Shown here: one piece after another, positions 49,302-61,007 of the stretch
Layout: each line of letters begins with the position of its first letter
How positions within the stretch are numbered: the first letter of the stretch is position 1
Assembly (NCBI GenBank): GCA_046293175.1
Contig: JBKBPM010000001.1
Span: 593,408-657,407 of the forward strand
Direction: 5' to 3'
DNA length: 64,000 nucleotides
From: Minisyncoccia bacterium
GTDB taxonomy: Bacteria; Patescibacteriota; Minisyncoccia; Phycocordibacterales; UBA918
Notes under the pieces: generated by a model
Told to the model about the DNA's origin: nothing
The model's input: the letters and a program-made list of their open reading frames with translations, nothing else
Database searches by the model: none
Program-made: the position numbers and the translations under genes

Positions 49302-49652
49302 GATGTCGATGAGAGAGAACGATCCTGACTGGATCTGTAGACCTTTTCTGTCGTTCATTTCGCGTTGCTCACAAACGTCTAGAAAAGGTCATCCTTCCCT
49401 CACAAGCAGTCCCCCGGACTGCTTTCTATCAACAGCCGAACACTGCCATCACTGGCAATGTTCTTTGTGTCGATGGGAGGGAACGAATCTTACAGATTCA
49501 GTACACCTTTTCTGTCATTTGTTTCGCGTTGCTCACAAACGTCTAGAAAAGGTCATCGTTCCCTCACAAGCAGTCCCCCGGACTGCTTTCCATCAACAGC
49601 CGAACACTGCCATCACTGGCAATGTTCTTTGTGTCGATGGGAGGGAACGATC
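49302..49652 (-). repeat. Two tandem ~164-bp units downstream of the CAT tRNA, each delimited by a copy of the tRNA 3' end
   Basis: TGTCGATG(G/A)GAG(G/A)GAACGA at 49304, 49468 and 49632 (period 164); 49342-49488 is nearly identical to 49506-49652. Confidence 0.88.
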
Positions 49653-49705
49653 CTCCGACCTTAGCTTTATGAGTGCTACGCTCTAACCAACTGAGCTACA
49701 TCGAC
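49632..49705 (-). tRNA. tRNA with CAT anticodon (elongator Met or Ile2) and an atypical T-loop
   Basis: GTCGATG/CATCGAC acceptor, CT-CAT-AA loop, T-arm GGAGG-ATCGTTC-CCTCC. Confidence 0.85.
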
Positions 49706-49772
49706 ATGACTCCTTGCGAAGTGCTTGGAGTATACCAGAAGATTAAAATTATTCTAGTCCTTACTTCCCCGC

Positions 49773-50477
49773 TTATACCAGGCCGTGCATGAGGTTTTTC
49801 TCCCGGCTTTCAAGGATGGTCTCAGCCCGGGTGATGTCCTCAGGGTAACCGACCGGGATCCAGAGCTCTTGCTCTACCACTGCCATCGGGTACTTTTCGG
49901 CATACTCAACAACGACATCGGTGAGATAGTACTCCCCGTTTGTCTCCTTCTTCATCTCAAATTCAAAGATATGGGTATCAAGCACCATCGGACCAGTTGA
50001 AGCGAGATTGGAAGGCGGATGGGCCGGCTTTTCGACAAAATCTGCGACTGTACCGTCTGGATGACGTACCACAATCCCAAAGCGCTCTGGGGTCTTTGTA
50101 GGCATAGCGAGTAGTCCGCGACTGTAAGAAGTCAGTCGTGCCAAATCGTTAGCGCCATGAATATCGTCAGCAAACATAAACAAGAAGCGGCCTTTGAGTA
50201 AATCTTTGCAGAGCCAGAGAGCATGGGCAGTGCCCTTTTGCTCCACTTGTTCAACGTACGTCACTTTGCGGCCATGATACTCATTTCCAAAATGCGCACG
50301 TAATTGGTCGCCAAGATAGCCAACAACTAAAATCAACTCATCAATTGCACTTGGGAGCGCATCAATAGTGTGGTCGATAAGCGGCTTACCCGCCACTGTC
50401 ACCAGTGGCTTAGGTGTATTGTCTGTTAATGGGCGTAGACGAGTCCCCTTTCCGGCGGCGAGAATGACGCATTGCAT
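49773..50477 (-). CDS. Sugar-phosphate nucleotidyltransferase (GlmU/RmlA-like)
   Basis: LAAGKGTRLRPLT...PKPL, GTAHA and FVEKP. Confidence 0.9.
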   Translation of the reverse strand: MQCVILAAGKGTRLRPLTDNTPKPLVTVAGKPLIDHTIDALPSAIDELILVVGYLGDQLRAHFGNEYHGRKVTYVEQVEQKGTAHALWLCKDLLKGRFLFMFADDIHGANDLARLTSYSRGLLAMPTKTPERFGIVVRHPDGTVADFVEKPAHPPSNLASTGPMVLDTHIFEFEMKKETNGEYYLTDVVVEYAEKYPMAVVEQELWIPVGYPEDITRAETILESREKNLMHGLV

Positions 50478-50572
50478 AGGTTTTTAGTATATCACCAAAC
50501 AAAATGGGGTGAAAATAATTTGCATTATTTTTATAAACATTGTATAGTCTCCGCACCTCTTCATAGAGATAT

Positions 50573-50643
50573 AGCGGGTTAGAGGAGAGGTACCTCGGGA
50601 GGCTCATAACCTCCAGACCCCGGTTCGATTCCGGGACCCGCAA
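50573..50643 (+). tRNA. tRNA-Met(CAT), probably the initiator
   Basis: Unpaired 1:72 position, GGAGG-CT-CAT-AA-CCTCC, GGTTCGATTCC. Confidence 0.9.
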
Positions 50644-50838
50644 CAATAACAAAAACCACCCAGATGGGTGGTTTTTGTTATTGTTGCGGGTCAGGAAGCA
50701 AATTATTTTGCTTCCGTCCGGAATCGAACAGCCGCAGCGATGTGAGGCGACTCCGCAGGAGCCGAACCAGCGAGGCGGGGTCGCGAGTACTTACTAGAAT
50801 TGGAATGAAATGAACAATTATAGTTAGTAACTCGTGAC
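50644..50838 (+). repeat. tRNA-fMet-linked element: terminator, split antisense 3' copy, conserved body
   Basis: TTGCGGGTC (50684-50692), 25-nt hairpin, CCGGAATCGAA (50718-50728) together give the reverse complement of the tRNA 3' end. Confidence 0.8.
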
Positions 50839-51002
50839 TCGATGGAGGGACCTGTTTTTTAAAGAAGTTAAAATTTGTATCCTCTTATTTTACGATAGTC
50901 TTTTATTTACTAACTTTAATAAAATTAAAGTTATAAGACTGTATATTGCCATTAGTAATATGACACCAAAAACACCGGGGAAGACCGGCACTGAGACGAG
51001 AG

Positions 51003-51248
51003 TCACCAGAACAGCATAGCTATACAAAGCACTGAATATGACTGAACAAAAGATGGTTTTAAGTTGATATTTAAGAAATAACTAATCACCAAAAATATAC
51101 CTGAGGCAACTCCTGAGAACAGTAACGCTAAAATAATCCAATCATTATATTTAACTATAATGTCAGAGCTGTAGATCTCTTTTTGATTAAGCGACAAGAC
51201 GCCGGCGACAGTAAAAATTGATAAAAATGTTGCGATGAAGATTTTCAT
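51003..51248 (-). CDS. Small AT-rich membrane protein, possibly a fragment
   Basis: Hydrophobic 81-aa ORF in an AT-rich patch. Confidence 0.35.
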   Translation of the reverse strand: MKIFIATFLSIFTVAGVLSLNQKEIYSSDIIVKYNDWIILALLFSGVASGIFLVISYFLNINLKPSFVQSYSVLCIAMLFW

Positions 51249-51273
51249 GAATGGTCACTGACCCTCCCATCTC

Positions 51274-51936
51274 CTAATGATGCCCATGGCCTCCCCCTCC
51301 ATGACCATTATCAAGCAACCCAAGTTCACCAAACACTCGTTCGTAACGGACGATAGTCTCACGCGCCAGTTTGTGGGTAAGCACGAAGTCAACTCCACTG
51401 TGCGCGATTTCATTACGGATCTTATGCGCTTCCCAGGCGTCATCAAGTGTCTGCATCGAGGCGGGAGAAATACTACGGAGTCGCTCACCAAGTGAGGTAC
51501 CGGCATATCCTTGTCGCTTTAAGGCTTCATCAAGGATGATATCGGCTTCGATAATTGCCAACTTCCAATCGTTTGGATTTTCGGAGTTGATATGATTTTT
51601 TATATCATTAAAGCGATTTGGGGTAGCACCGCCCACCATTTTGCGGCGGTAGGCTTCTTCTTCCGCTCGGGTGTGATGATCTTCTTCTTCGTAGAGTTCT
51701 TCAACACTCACCGAAGCATAGATGTACAAAAACAGAAAGATAGCTGAAACAATGTAGGAGATGATGGCAAAAACTGTCCAAATCGCACCCAGTACCCCCA
51801 GTGTTTCATCAAGCGTCAAGCCAGCAAAAAGACCATCGGAGCCAAAGATGAATCGGAGTAGCGGAGTGAGTGCATCATAACCCACTACCTGAAGCGGGGT
51901 ATTACTGGCGGCAACTATAATTTCTTCATCAGGCAT
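51274..51936 (-). CDS. Hypothetical membrane protein
   Basis: One TM, then WKLAIIEADIILD...GERL...AWEAHKIRNEIAH; co-oriented after gatA. Confidence 0.7.
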   Translation of the reverse strand: MPDEEIIVAASNTPLQVVGYDALTPLLRFIFGSDGLFAGLTLDETLGVLGAIWTVFAIISYIVSAIFLFLYIYASVSVEELYEEEDHHTRAEEEAYRRKMVGGATPNRFNDIKNHINSENPNDWKLAIIEADIILDEALKRQGYAGTSLGERLRSISPASMQTLDDAWEAHKIRNEIAHSGVDFVLTHKLARETIVRYERVFGELGLLDNGHGGGGHGHH

Positions 51937-51942
51937 ATAGAA

Positions 51943-53367
51943 TTATTTGACCTGGTTGGCATCGTAGACTCGTTCGCCAATATCAAAGAGTCTCGCTTCG
52001 CCACCATGTGGTGCAATATATTGTACCCCAACCGGTAGCGCTTTGCCGTCTCGCTCCACAGTTCCCATCGGAAACGAAAGCGCTGGCACACCAGTGAGAT
52101 TGACTGGAACCGTAAAGATATCCTGGCGATACATTGAGAGCGGATCCTCTTGCGCGCCAATCGTAAAGGCTGGGGTTGGTGCCGTTGGGGTAATGATGAA
52201 ATCAACAGACTCAAAATGAGTACGGAGTTCTTCTCGCATTGCTTCTCGTACCGCTTCGGCTTTTCCATAGTAGGCATCGTAGTAACCCGACGATAGTACA
52301 TACGTACCAAGGAGGATGCGTCGCTTTACCTCTGCCCCAAAGCCTGCCCCGCGCGTCTGTTCGTAGACTGCCAATAAGTCTTTGCCATCTACCGACAACC
52401 CATACCGAATACCGTCGTAGCGAGCGGTATTGGACGAGACTTCGGCTGGCATCACGATATAGTACGCCGCGAGTCCCTGTTCAAATAGTGGCAAGTCGAT
52501 ATCAACCACCTCGTGCCCTGCCGCTGTCAGTGCCTCTATATGGGTTTCAAACGCAGCAAGCACATCAGCATCAATACCACTTTGTAAAAAGGTGCGCGGG
52601 ACACCAAAGCGGTAGGTATTTTTGACCGGTACGTCGCCATAAGCACCTACAGGGAGAGTAGTTGCGTCCATTCTATCCTGCCCTGCAATCATTGAATGTA
52701 TAAGCGCTGCGTCTCTAACACTAGTAGTGAGCGGACCAGCCTGATCAAGAGATGAACCCATAGCAATGATTCCATAGCGTGATACTGCACCGTAAGTAGG
52801 CTTTAAGCCCACGAGTCCACAGTAGCTCGCTGGCTGACGAATTGATCCGCCAGTGTCAGTACCAAGTGCCGCCGGCACCGCTCCCATAGCGACAGCCGCG
52901 GCAGATCCGCCTGATGAACCTCCAGGCACACGACTCTCATCGTGTGGGTTACGGGTAATACCAAAAGCAGAGTTTTCGGTTGAACCACCCATCGCAAACT
53001 CGTCCATGTTCGTGGCACCAACAATAATAGCTCCCGCTGCTTTGAGACGTGTGATGATAGTTGCATCATACGAGGCGACATAGTTCTCAAGAATCTTTGA
53101 CGCGGCCGTCGCTTTTTTGCCGGCTACCAGAATATTATTCTTGACCGCCACAGGCACACCCAAGAGTGGTGGTAGGTCGGTTTCACCGGACGCATAACGA
53201 TCGGTAGCAGCAGCAGCGGCAACAAGAGCCTCAGCTTCGTACGTTTCAAGAAAGGCATGGATACTGGCGTCTTTGGCTTTGATAGTCGCAAACACCCGCT
53301 CAACTTCAGTTGTTGGGGTTGTTGTCTTGGCACGGTAAGCGTCAGTCAGTGTAGCAATGGTAAACAT
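51943..53367 (-). CDS. gatA: Asp/Glu-tRNA amidotransferase subunit A
   Basis: Amidase signature GGSSGGSAAAV, GTDTGGSIRQPA; EVKRRILLGTY. Confidence 0.96.
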   Translation of the reverse strand: MFTIATLTDAYRAKTTTPTTEVERVFATIKAKDASIHAFLETYEAEALVAAAAATDRYASGETDLPPLLGVPVAVKNNILVAGKKATAASKILENYVASYDATIITRLKAAGAIIVGATNMDEFAMGGSTENSAFGITRNPHDESRVPGGSSGGSAAAVAMGAVPAALGTDTGGSIRQPASYCGLVGLKPTYGAVSRYGIIAMGSSLDQAGPLTTSVRDAALIHSMIAGQDRMDATTLPVGAYGDVPVKNTYRFGVPRTFLQSGIDADVLAAFETHIEALTAAGHEVVDIDLPLFEQGLAAYYIVMPAEVSSNTARYDGIRYGLSVDGKDLLAVYEQTRGAGFGAEVKRRILLGTYVLSSGYYDAYYGKAEAVREAMREELRTHFESVDFIITPTAPTPAFTIGAQEDPLSMYRQDIFTVPVNLTGVPALSFPMGTVERDGKALPVGVQYIAPHGGEARLFDIGERVYDANQVK

Positions 53368-53372
53368 AAAAG

Positions 53373-53666
53373 CTATTCGCCTTGATCAATAATCTTCTTC
53401 ACACGGACAAAGGCACCAACCCGATCTGGTGCGGCAGCGAGCAGAGTTTCGGTATAGCTGCCTGGAGTCACTGTCACCTCATCTGGTCTAAAGACATTGT
53501 GTACAACGCCAATTTTCTTTGGGAGTGCCCCATCGCCAGCAATCGCTGACACAGTACTCACATACGCCAAAATAGCGTCGATTTCCTGACTAAACGCTGC
53601 TGCCTCAGCATCAGTGAGCGCCAGACGGGATAGATTCCCGAGATGTTTGATTTCTTCAACTGTCAT
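53373..53666 (-). CDS. gatC: Asp/Glu-tRNA amidotransferase subunit C
   Basis: EIKHLGNLSRL...NVFRPD...LLAAAP; directly upstream of gatA. Confidence 0.9.
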   Translation of the reverse strand: MTVEEIKHLGNLSRLALTDAEAAAFSQEIDAILAYVSTVSAIAGDGALPKKIGVVHNVFRPDEVTVTPGSYTETLLAAAPDRVGAFVRVKKIIDQGE

Positions 53667-53678
53667 AGGGTCATAATA

Positions 53679-56285
<2,607 letters not shown>

Positions 56286-56299
<14 letters not shown>

Positions 56300-56894
56300 A
56301 GACGTTTGTGAGATAGGTGACTAACTCGACTTTTTGACCAGCAATGAGGCTCCCGGTACGCCACGTCACCGTTGAGGTGGCGACTGCACCTTGAATACGC
56401 CCGTTCGAGGCAGTAATCATACCGATTCTAATAGTGCGCGTGTATGGCGTCTCAGTATTACCGGCTGCTGTATGGGTGTAGCGGGCCCGATTGGTCGGCG
56501 TGCTGGTATTGAGATACAATCGACAGTTTGTGAGTGTGGCGCAGTTTGTTACCGCATACGTTGGATCGGCATTAGTCGTCGTTAAACCGCAGGTACCTGA
56601 AATACAGTTAGCAAAAACTGATTGGAACTGTGCCCATGGTGGTTGCTCAATAGCTTGACCATTAATGATGTCTTTGAAGTCACGAAGCACCAAATTATCT
56701 CGACCAAGCTGTACCAACTCTAATCCTTCTTGAGCTAAGAAGTAGGCCACTATCTGTTCGCTACTGTAGGTTGTACTGTTGGTTGAACTTGTAAGTACAC
56801 GCATCGGACCAGCCATCACCAAAAGCAGTATCGTGATAGCAACAAGTACTTCGACTAAACTAAAACCTTGATTGTGTACGTGTTGATATTTCAT
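56286..56894 (-). CDS. PilV-like minor pilin
   Basis: GFSLVE; AYFLAQEGLE. Confidence 0.85.
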
Positions 56895-57493
56895 AGATCA
56901 AGAGAACGTTGTGTAACCGTACTTTGGAGCGTAAATGTCTTGCCACTATCGGTGGTACTTGATTGGGCTTCAAGTAGAATTGAGACGGTTGGTTGAACTA
57001 CATCAGTACTGGTACCAAGTGGACTTGCCCCAGTGACCACAAAACGAGCGTTCGTAATACGGACATCGTTCGTCACGATTGGTTCAGCGGGATTGGCGCC
57101 AACTTTACGCCAGAGCGTGTTGCCGCTAAAGTAATAGGCAATACGCTTTGCGCCCACACCTCCCGTGATACTCTCACCCGCTTCACGGAAGGAGAAACCA
57201 CTATCTCCGGTAATACAGTTGCGCACAGCTGTGAGGCTGTTGTATACCGCACTACTACTCACCTGAGTAGGTGTATCGCAGTAGTACTCACTACCGGTGC
57301 GAATTTCACGGGTGATACTATCAAGCGCAAAGGAGAGTGTGGTAAGCGACGTCTGCTCACCAACTACTCGCGAGTTACCTGAAATGAGCACCAAGAGTGT
57401 TCCTACTGACATTGTTGCCACAATCGTAAAGAGCGCAAGCGATACAAGCATCTCAACGAGTGTAAAACCGTGTGTCGTGCGAGAGAGGTACAT
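56891..57493 (-). CDS. PilW-like minor pilin
   Basis: GFTLVE; ITREIR. Confidence 0.85.
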   Translation of the reverse strand: MYLSRTTHGFTLVEMLVSLALFTIVATMSVGTLLVLISGNSRVVGEQTSLTTLSFALDSITREIRTGSEYYCDTPTQVSSSAVYNSLTAVRNCITGDSGFSFREAGESITGGVGAKRIAYYFSGNTLWRKVGANPAEPIVTNDVRITNARFVVTGASPLGTSTDVVQPTVSILLEAQSSTTDSGKTFTLQSTVTQRSLDL

Positions 57494-57497
57494 ACGA

Positions 57498-58076
57498 TTA
57501 ATAGGTTACCACACTTATTTGGCCAGTATTGCTCACTTCGACTCGGCGTACCGTACCAACGTCAGTCCCAGTAATATTAGTACGAGCAATGTCGACGTAG
57601 GCTACATTATCAACTTGCTCCACGCCACTACTGTTATAGTACTTAGCATCAAAGTTTGGTCGCTCAAACAAAATAACCATCTCGCTGTGTGGGGTCGTAT
57701 CAACAAATGTCTCACGAATCTCAAACCGAGTATCGAGCTTCCCGGTGAGACCAATTTGCTCACCATTGTCATAACGACCGTCATTGTCACTATCACGAAA
57801 CAGAATATACTGATGTTGGGTAGCTCCACCGGTATTAAAATAAATACCGTAGCGCCGCACCGACTCATCACCACCACTCACCGCAAGCAGTTGCGCTTCA
57901 CGTAACGCAAAAGCCACTTCGTAGGCTTGGTTACGGAGCAAAACCGCTCCGTTAAATGATGATTGCCGAGTAATGATGACCGCCGAGACAAGCGCCATAA
58001 TACTAATCGAGACCATGAGCTCAACCAGTCCAAAACCACGACTTTGCGCTGCCAAACATTTAGACTGGTAATACAT
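57498..58076 (-). CDS. FimT-like minor pilin
   Basis: GFGLVE; LREAQ. Confidence 0.82.
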   Translation of the reverse strand: MYYQSKCLAAQSRGFGLVELMVSISIMALVSAVIITRQSSFNGAVLLRNQAYEVAFALREAQLLAVSGGDESVRRYGIYFNTGGATQHQYILFRDSDNDGRYDNGEQIGLTGKLDTRFEIRETFVDTTPHSEMVILFERPNFDAKYYNSSGVEQVDNVAYVDIARTNITGTDVGTVRRVEVSNTGQISVVTY

Positions 58077-58902
58077 ATGAGATAAGACGGAGCACATCAA
58101 CACCAAAGAGGTATACCAAGAGGAAGGCAATGATCAGAAAAGGTGCAAATGGGACTTCGCTTTTAATTGTAAGTGGTGGAGCCAAAAAACGTAAGCTAGA
58201 TTGTCCCCGTTTCTGGCGTATCTTCCCGACGAGAATAAGTAAAAGGCTGATGACTGTCCCAATCCAAAACGAAAGCACAATCATTGAAAATGCACCAACT
58301 AACCCAAGCAGATAGCCAAGTGGTAGTGCGAGCTTCGCATCTCCATAGCCTATCCACCGACCTTTTGAAAGGTACCAGAGTGAAGCAAAAAAACCATAAC
58401 TGAGCGCTCCAGCCACTAATTGCCACACAATACGCATTAGGTCGGGTAGTAACCAATAGTCGAGAAGTGTGATGAAAAATGCCAGCAAGGCGAGGAGCCA
58501 CACAAAAAAGTTTGGTATCACCATGTGGTAAAGGTCATACACTGCGACAACCACCAAGATTGATACAATCATGGCGCCAAAGAGCCAATACCAAGGGGAG
58601 AGCAAAGTTGCCACAAACACAAACAAAAGTCCCGTGGCCAGTTCTACCCAAAAATAGCAACTCGGAATACTGGCACTGCAGGTCCGGCAGCGACCTCGTA
58701 AGGTGAGATACGAAACCAAAGGAAATAATTCGTACCACGATAAATCAGTTTGGCAGGACAAACAGTGCGATGAACCACTCAGTGACTTCCCTGTGTGGAA
58801 ACGATAAATAACGACATTAAGAAAACTGCCGATGATAACCCCAAAGCCAAAAGCCGTTAGTGCTGTGTACCAAAGTGGTAGTGTCATAAGTGCATCAAGC
58901 AT
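58060..58902 (-). CDS. pilD: Prepilin peptidase
   Basis: GSFLNVVIYR, two CxxC pairs, YD...IP, GYGDAKL and PFAPF. Confidence 0.92.
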   Translation of the reverse strand: MLDALMTLPLWYTALTAFGFGVIIGSFLNVVIYRFHTGKSLSGSSHCLSCQTDLSWYELFPLVSYLTLRGRCRTCSASIPSCYFWVELATGLLFVFVATLLSPWYWLFGAMIVSILVVVAVYDLYHMVIPNFFVWLLALLAFFITLLDYWLLPDLMRIVWQLVAGALSYGFFASLWYLSKGRWIGYGDAKLALPLGYLLGLVGAFSMIVLSFWIGTVISLLLILVGKIRQKRGQSSLRFLAPPLTIKSEVPFAPFLIIAFLLVYLFGVDVLRLISYVLPV

Positions 58903-58950
58903 ACTCGTATAGTATACAGGAGGTAGCCGTGGCAGAGAGTACCCCTCTAC

Positions 58951-58980
58951 ACAAAAAGCGCTCCCAAGGAGCGCTTTTGT
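58951..58980 (-). terminator. Terminator after the major pilin gene
   Basis: caaaaagcgctcc-caa-ggagcgcttttg. Confidence 0.7.
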
Positions 58981-58993
58981 TGCCATATAACAT

Positions 58994-59452
58994 CTATGGA
59001 AGACAAGTGATGTCGTTAGCCCCCAGCACAGCGGTTTGTTCACCACTATAACCTGTACTATCAGCACAGAAGTAACGACCACCGGTGTTGAGCGGTGCAG
59101 ACACTGCCCAACCAGCGGTACCGTTTTCATGGCAGATAACTGTCGAAGCAGTACCGGCGGTAGAAAGTACACTTACTACAGAAGTAGCAGGAGATGAGTT
59201 AGCATCCACCGCCGCAAGTAAACGAGCGAAGTCTGCGTTAGCACACAAGCCACTGTACGTTGACGTAGCAGTGTAGTAGATTTCACCCTGCGCCTTCATA
59301 CTGTTCATACTACCCTTGATTGAAGCGTCGTTTCCTGATGAACGAGCGTTACCAAGTGAAGCAAGAACGGTAGCAGCGAGGATACCGATAATTGCGATCA
59401 CAACGAGGAGCTCGATGAGCGTAAAGCCTCGGTGTGCCATTTTCTTAAACAT
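58994..59452 (-). CDS. Probable major type IV pilin
   Basis: [18 protein letters not shown]; has its own upstream region and terminator. Confidence 0.9.
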   Translation of the reverse strand: MFKKMAHRGFTLIELLVVIAIIGILAATVLASLGNARSSGNDASIKGSMNSMKAQGEIYYTATSTYSGLCANADFARLLAAVDANSSPATSVVSVLSTAGTASTVICHENGTAGWAVSAPLNTGGRYFCADSTGYSGEQTAVLGANDITCLP

Positions 59453-59796
59453 AGTTGTTTAAAACATTAGGTGATTAAAATCGTGAGTATTCAGACATCA
59501 GCTGAATGTCTTAATATCGCACAACTAGGCACGTTGTACGTGACCTACCCCTATTATACGAGTATTGTTTACTATTCGGTCCCACTCAGTGTGGACAAAA
59601 CCAATTTGTCTTCTCGTAAATAACACTCTAAGTTTAGAAGAAATTTTCTCGGCGAGCGTATGCGCCAGATCGCATCTAAACGCAATAAATTGGCTTAGAT
59701 GCTAGATGCGGTAGTAAAATTTTATAAGTCGTACTGGTTGTACGGTGAGTAAAATTTTACGCACCGCTACAACGCAGATAAGTTAATTTCTTGAGT

Positions 59797-61005
59797 TTAG
59801 ACCCCGGCGGTGATGTTATAGATTGGCATCAATACCGAAGCAAGCAACAAGCCCACCCCAAGACCAAGCATTACAATCATCACTGGCTCAATGAGACCAA
59901 TCAGAGTATCAATTGCATTGTTCACTTCCCGACGATAAAAGACTGCCAGCGTACCAAGAATTTCGGAGAGGCTACCAGTTTCTTCACCAACACGAATCAT
60001 CTGTGAAAGTACCGTTGGAATTTCTGGATATTCTGAGATAGCGTCGGCAAATGAACGCCCGGCCTTTACATCTGCAAGAGTGGCTGTAAGGATTTCAAGA
60101 TACACAGCGTTTTCAACCACTTCACTGGTTACCTCAAGAGCTGGCACAATTGAGATACCATTACTAAGCATAGTCGACATATTGTCACAAAGACGGGTCA
60201 AAATAAGTTTACGTTTGAGATCACCAACATACGGCACACTAAGAACAAATTCATCAATTGCCCGAGCGCCGACTGGCGACTTAATAAACTGCCACATACC
60301 AATGATAGCAACACTAATGAAAATGAAGATAACTCCAACCCAGTCCACCAAAAAGTTAGAGAAGCCAATCACAATTTTGGTATAGATTGGTAGTTCACTT
60401 CCGGAATCAACCAAAATTTGAGCTACTTTTGGAATGACAAGAGTAAGCATTAAAATCATCACAACACAAAAGACCGTGATAACAAAAGCTGGGTAGATAA
60501 GCGCATTTCGAGCCTTTGTGGCAATTTCGTATGATCGGTCAAGGTAGTCGGCTAGGTAACTAAAAGACTTATCAAGTGACCCAGACTCTTCCCCGGCGCG
60601 CACGAGGTTGACGTAAAAGTTTGAGAAGACGCCTGGATGGGCAGCTAGCGCTCGAGAGATCGAACTACCACCCTGCAGGTCATCCACAATACGGTTGAGG
60701 ACATTCTGCAGCATTGGGTTTTCAACTTCGGCTGAAAGAAGACGGAAGATTCGTAGCGGTGATACATGCGCTTGAAATAGGGTGGAAATCTGACGGGAAA
60801 GAATCACCACTTCTTTGGCCTTGATGGTCTTAAAGAGACTGAGTTCTATATCAAAGAGACTCTTTTTGTCCTCTACCGGATCAATAGTGATGATTGTATA
60901 CCCTCGCTTTTGGACAACGGTAATTGCCGCATCAATATTTGATGCTTCGACCTTACCCTCACGCTGGGTATTACTACTATCAATGGCTTTGTATGCAAAT
61001 AACAT
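59797..61005 (-). CDS. pilC: Type IV pilus platform protein PilC
   Basis: FAYKA, RQISTL, AGEESGSL, IYPAFV, GEETGSL and LIEP. Confidence 0.92.
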   Translation of the reverse strand: MLFAYKAIDSSNTQREGKVEASNIDAAITVVQKRGYTIITIDPVEDKKSLFDIELSLFKTIKAKEVVILSRQISTLFQAHVSPLRIFRLLSAEVENPMLQNVLNRIVDDLQGGSSISRALAAHPGVFSNFYVNLVRAGEESGSLDKSFSYLADYLDRSYEIATKARNALIYPAFVITVFCVVMILMLTLVIPKVAQILVDSGSELPIYTKIVIGFSNFLVDWVGVIFIFISVAIIGMWQFIKSPVGARAIDEFVLSVPYVGDLKRKLILTRLCDNMSTMLSNGISIVPALEVTSEVVENAVYLEILTATLADVKAGRSFADAISEYPEIPTVLSQMIRVGEETGSLSEILGTLAVFYRREVNNAIDTLIGLIEPVMIVMLGLGVGLLLASVLMPIYNITAGV

Positions 61006-61007
61006 AA

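Noticed and set aside
49302-49652. Possible CRISPR array (regularly spaced short repeats)
   Set aside because: The period is 164 bp, the intervening sequences are near-identical rather than unique spacers, the repeat is a tRNA 3' end, and no cas genes are present.
49030-49686. 218-aa ORF with an internal repeat
   Set aside because: It overlaps two tRNA genes and the 164-bp tandem repeat, so it is an artefact of non-coding repeats.
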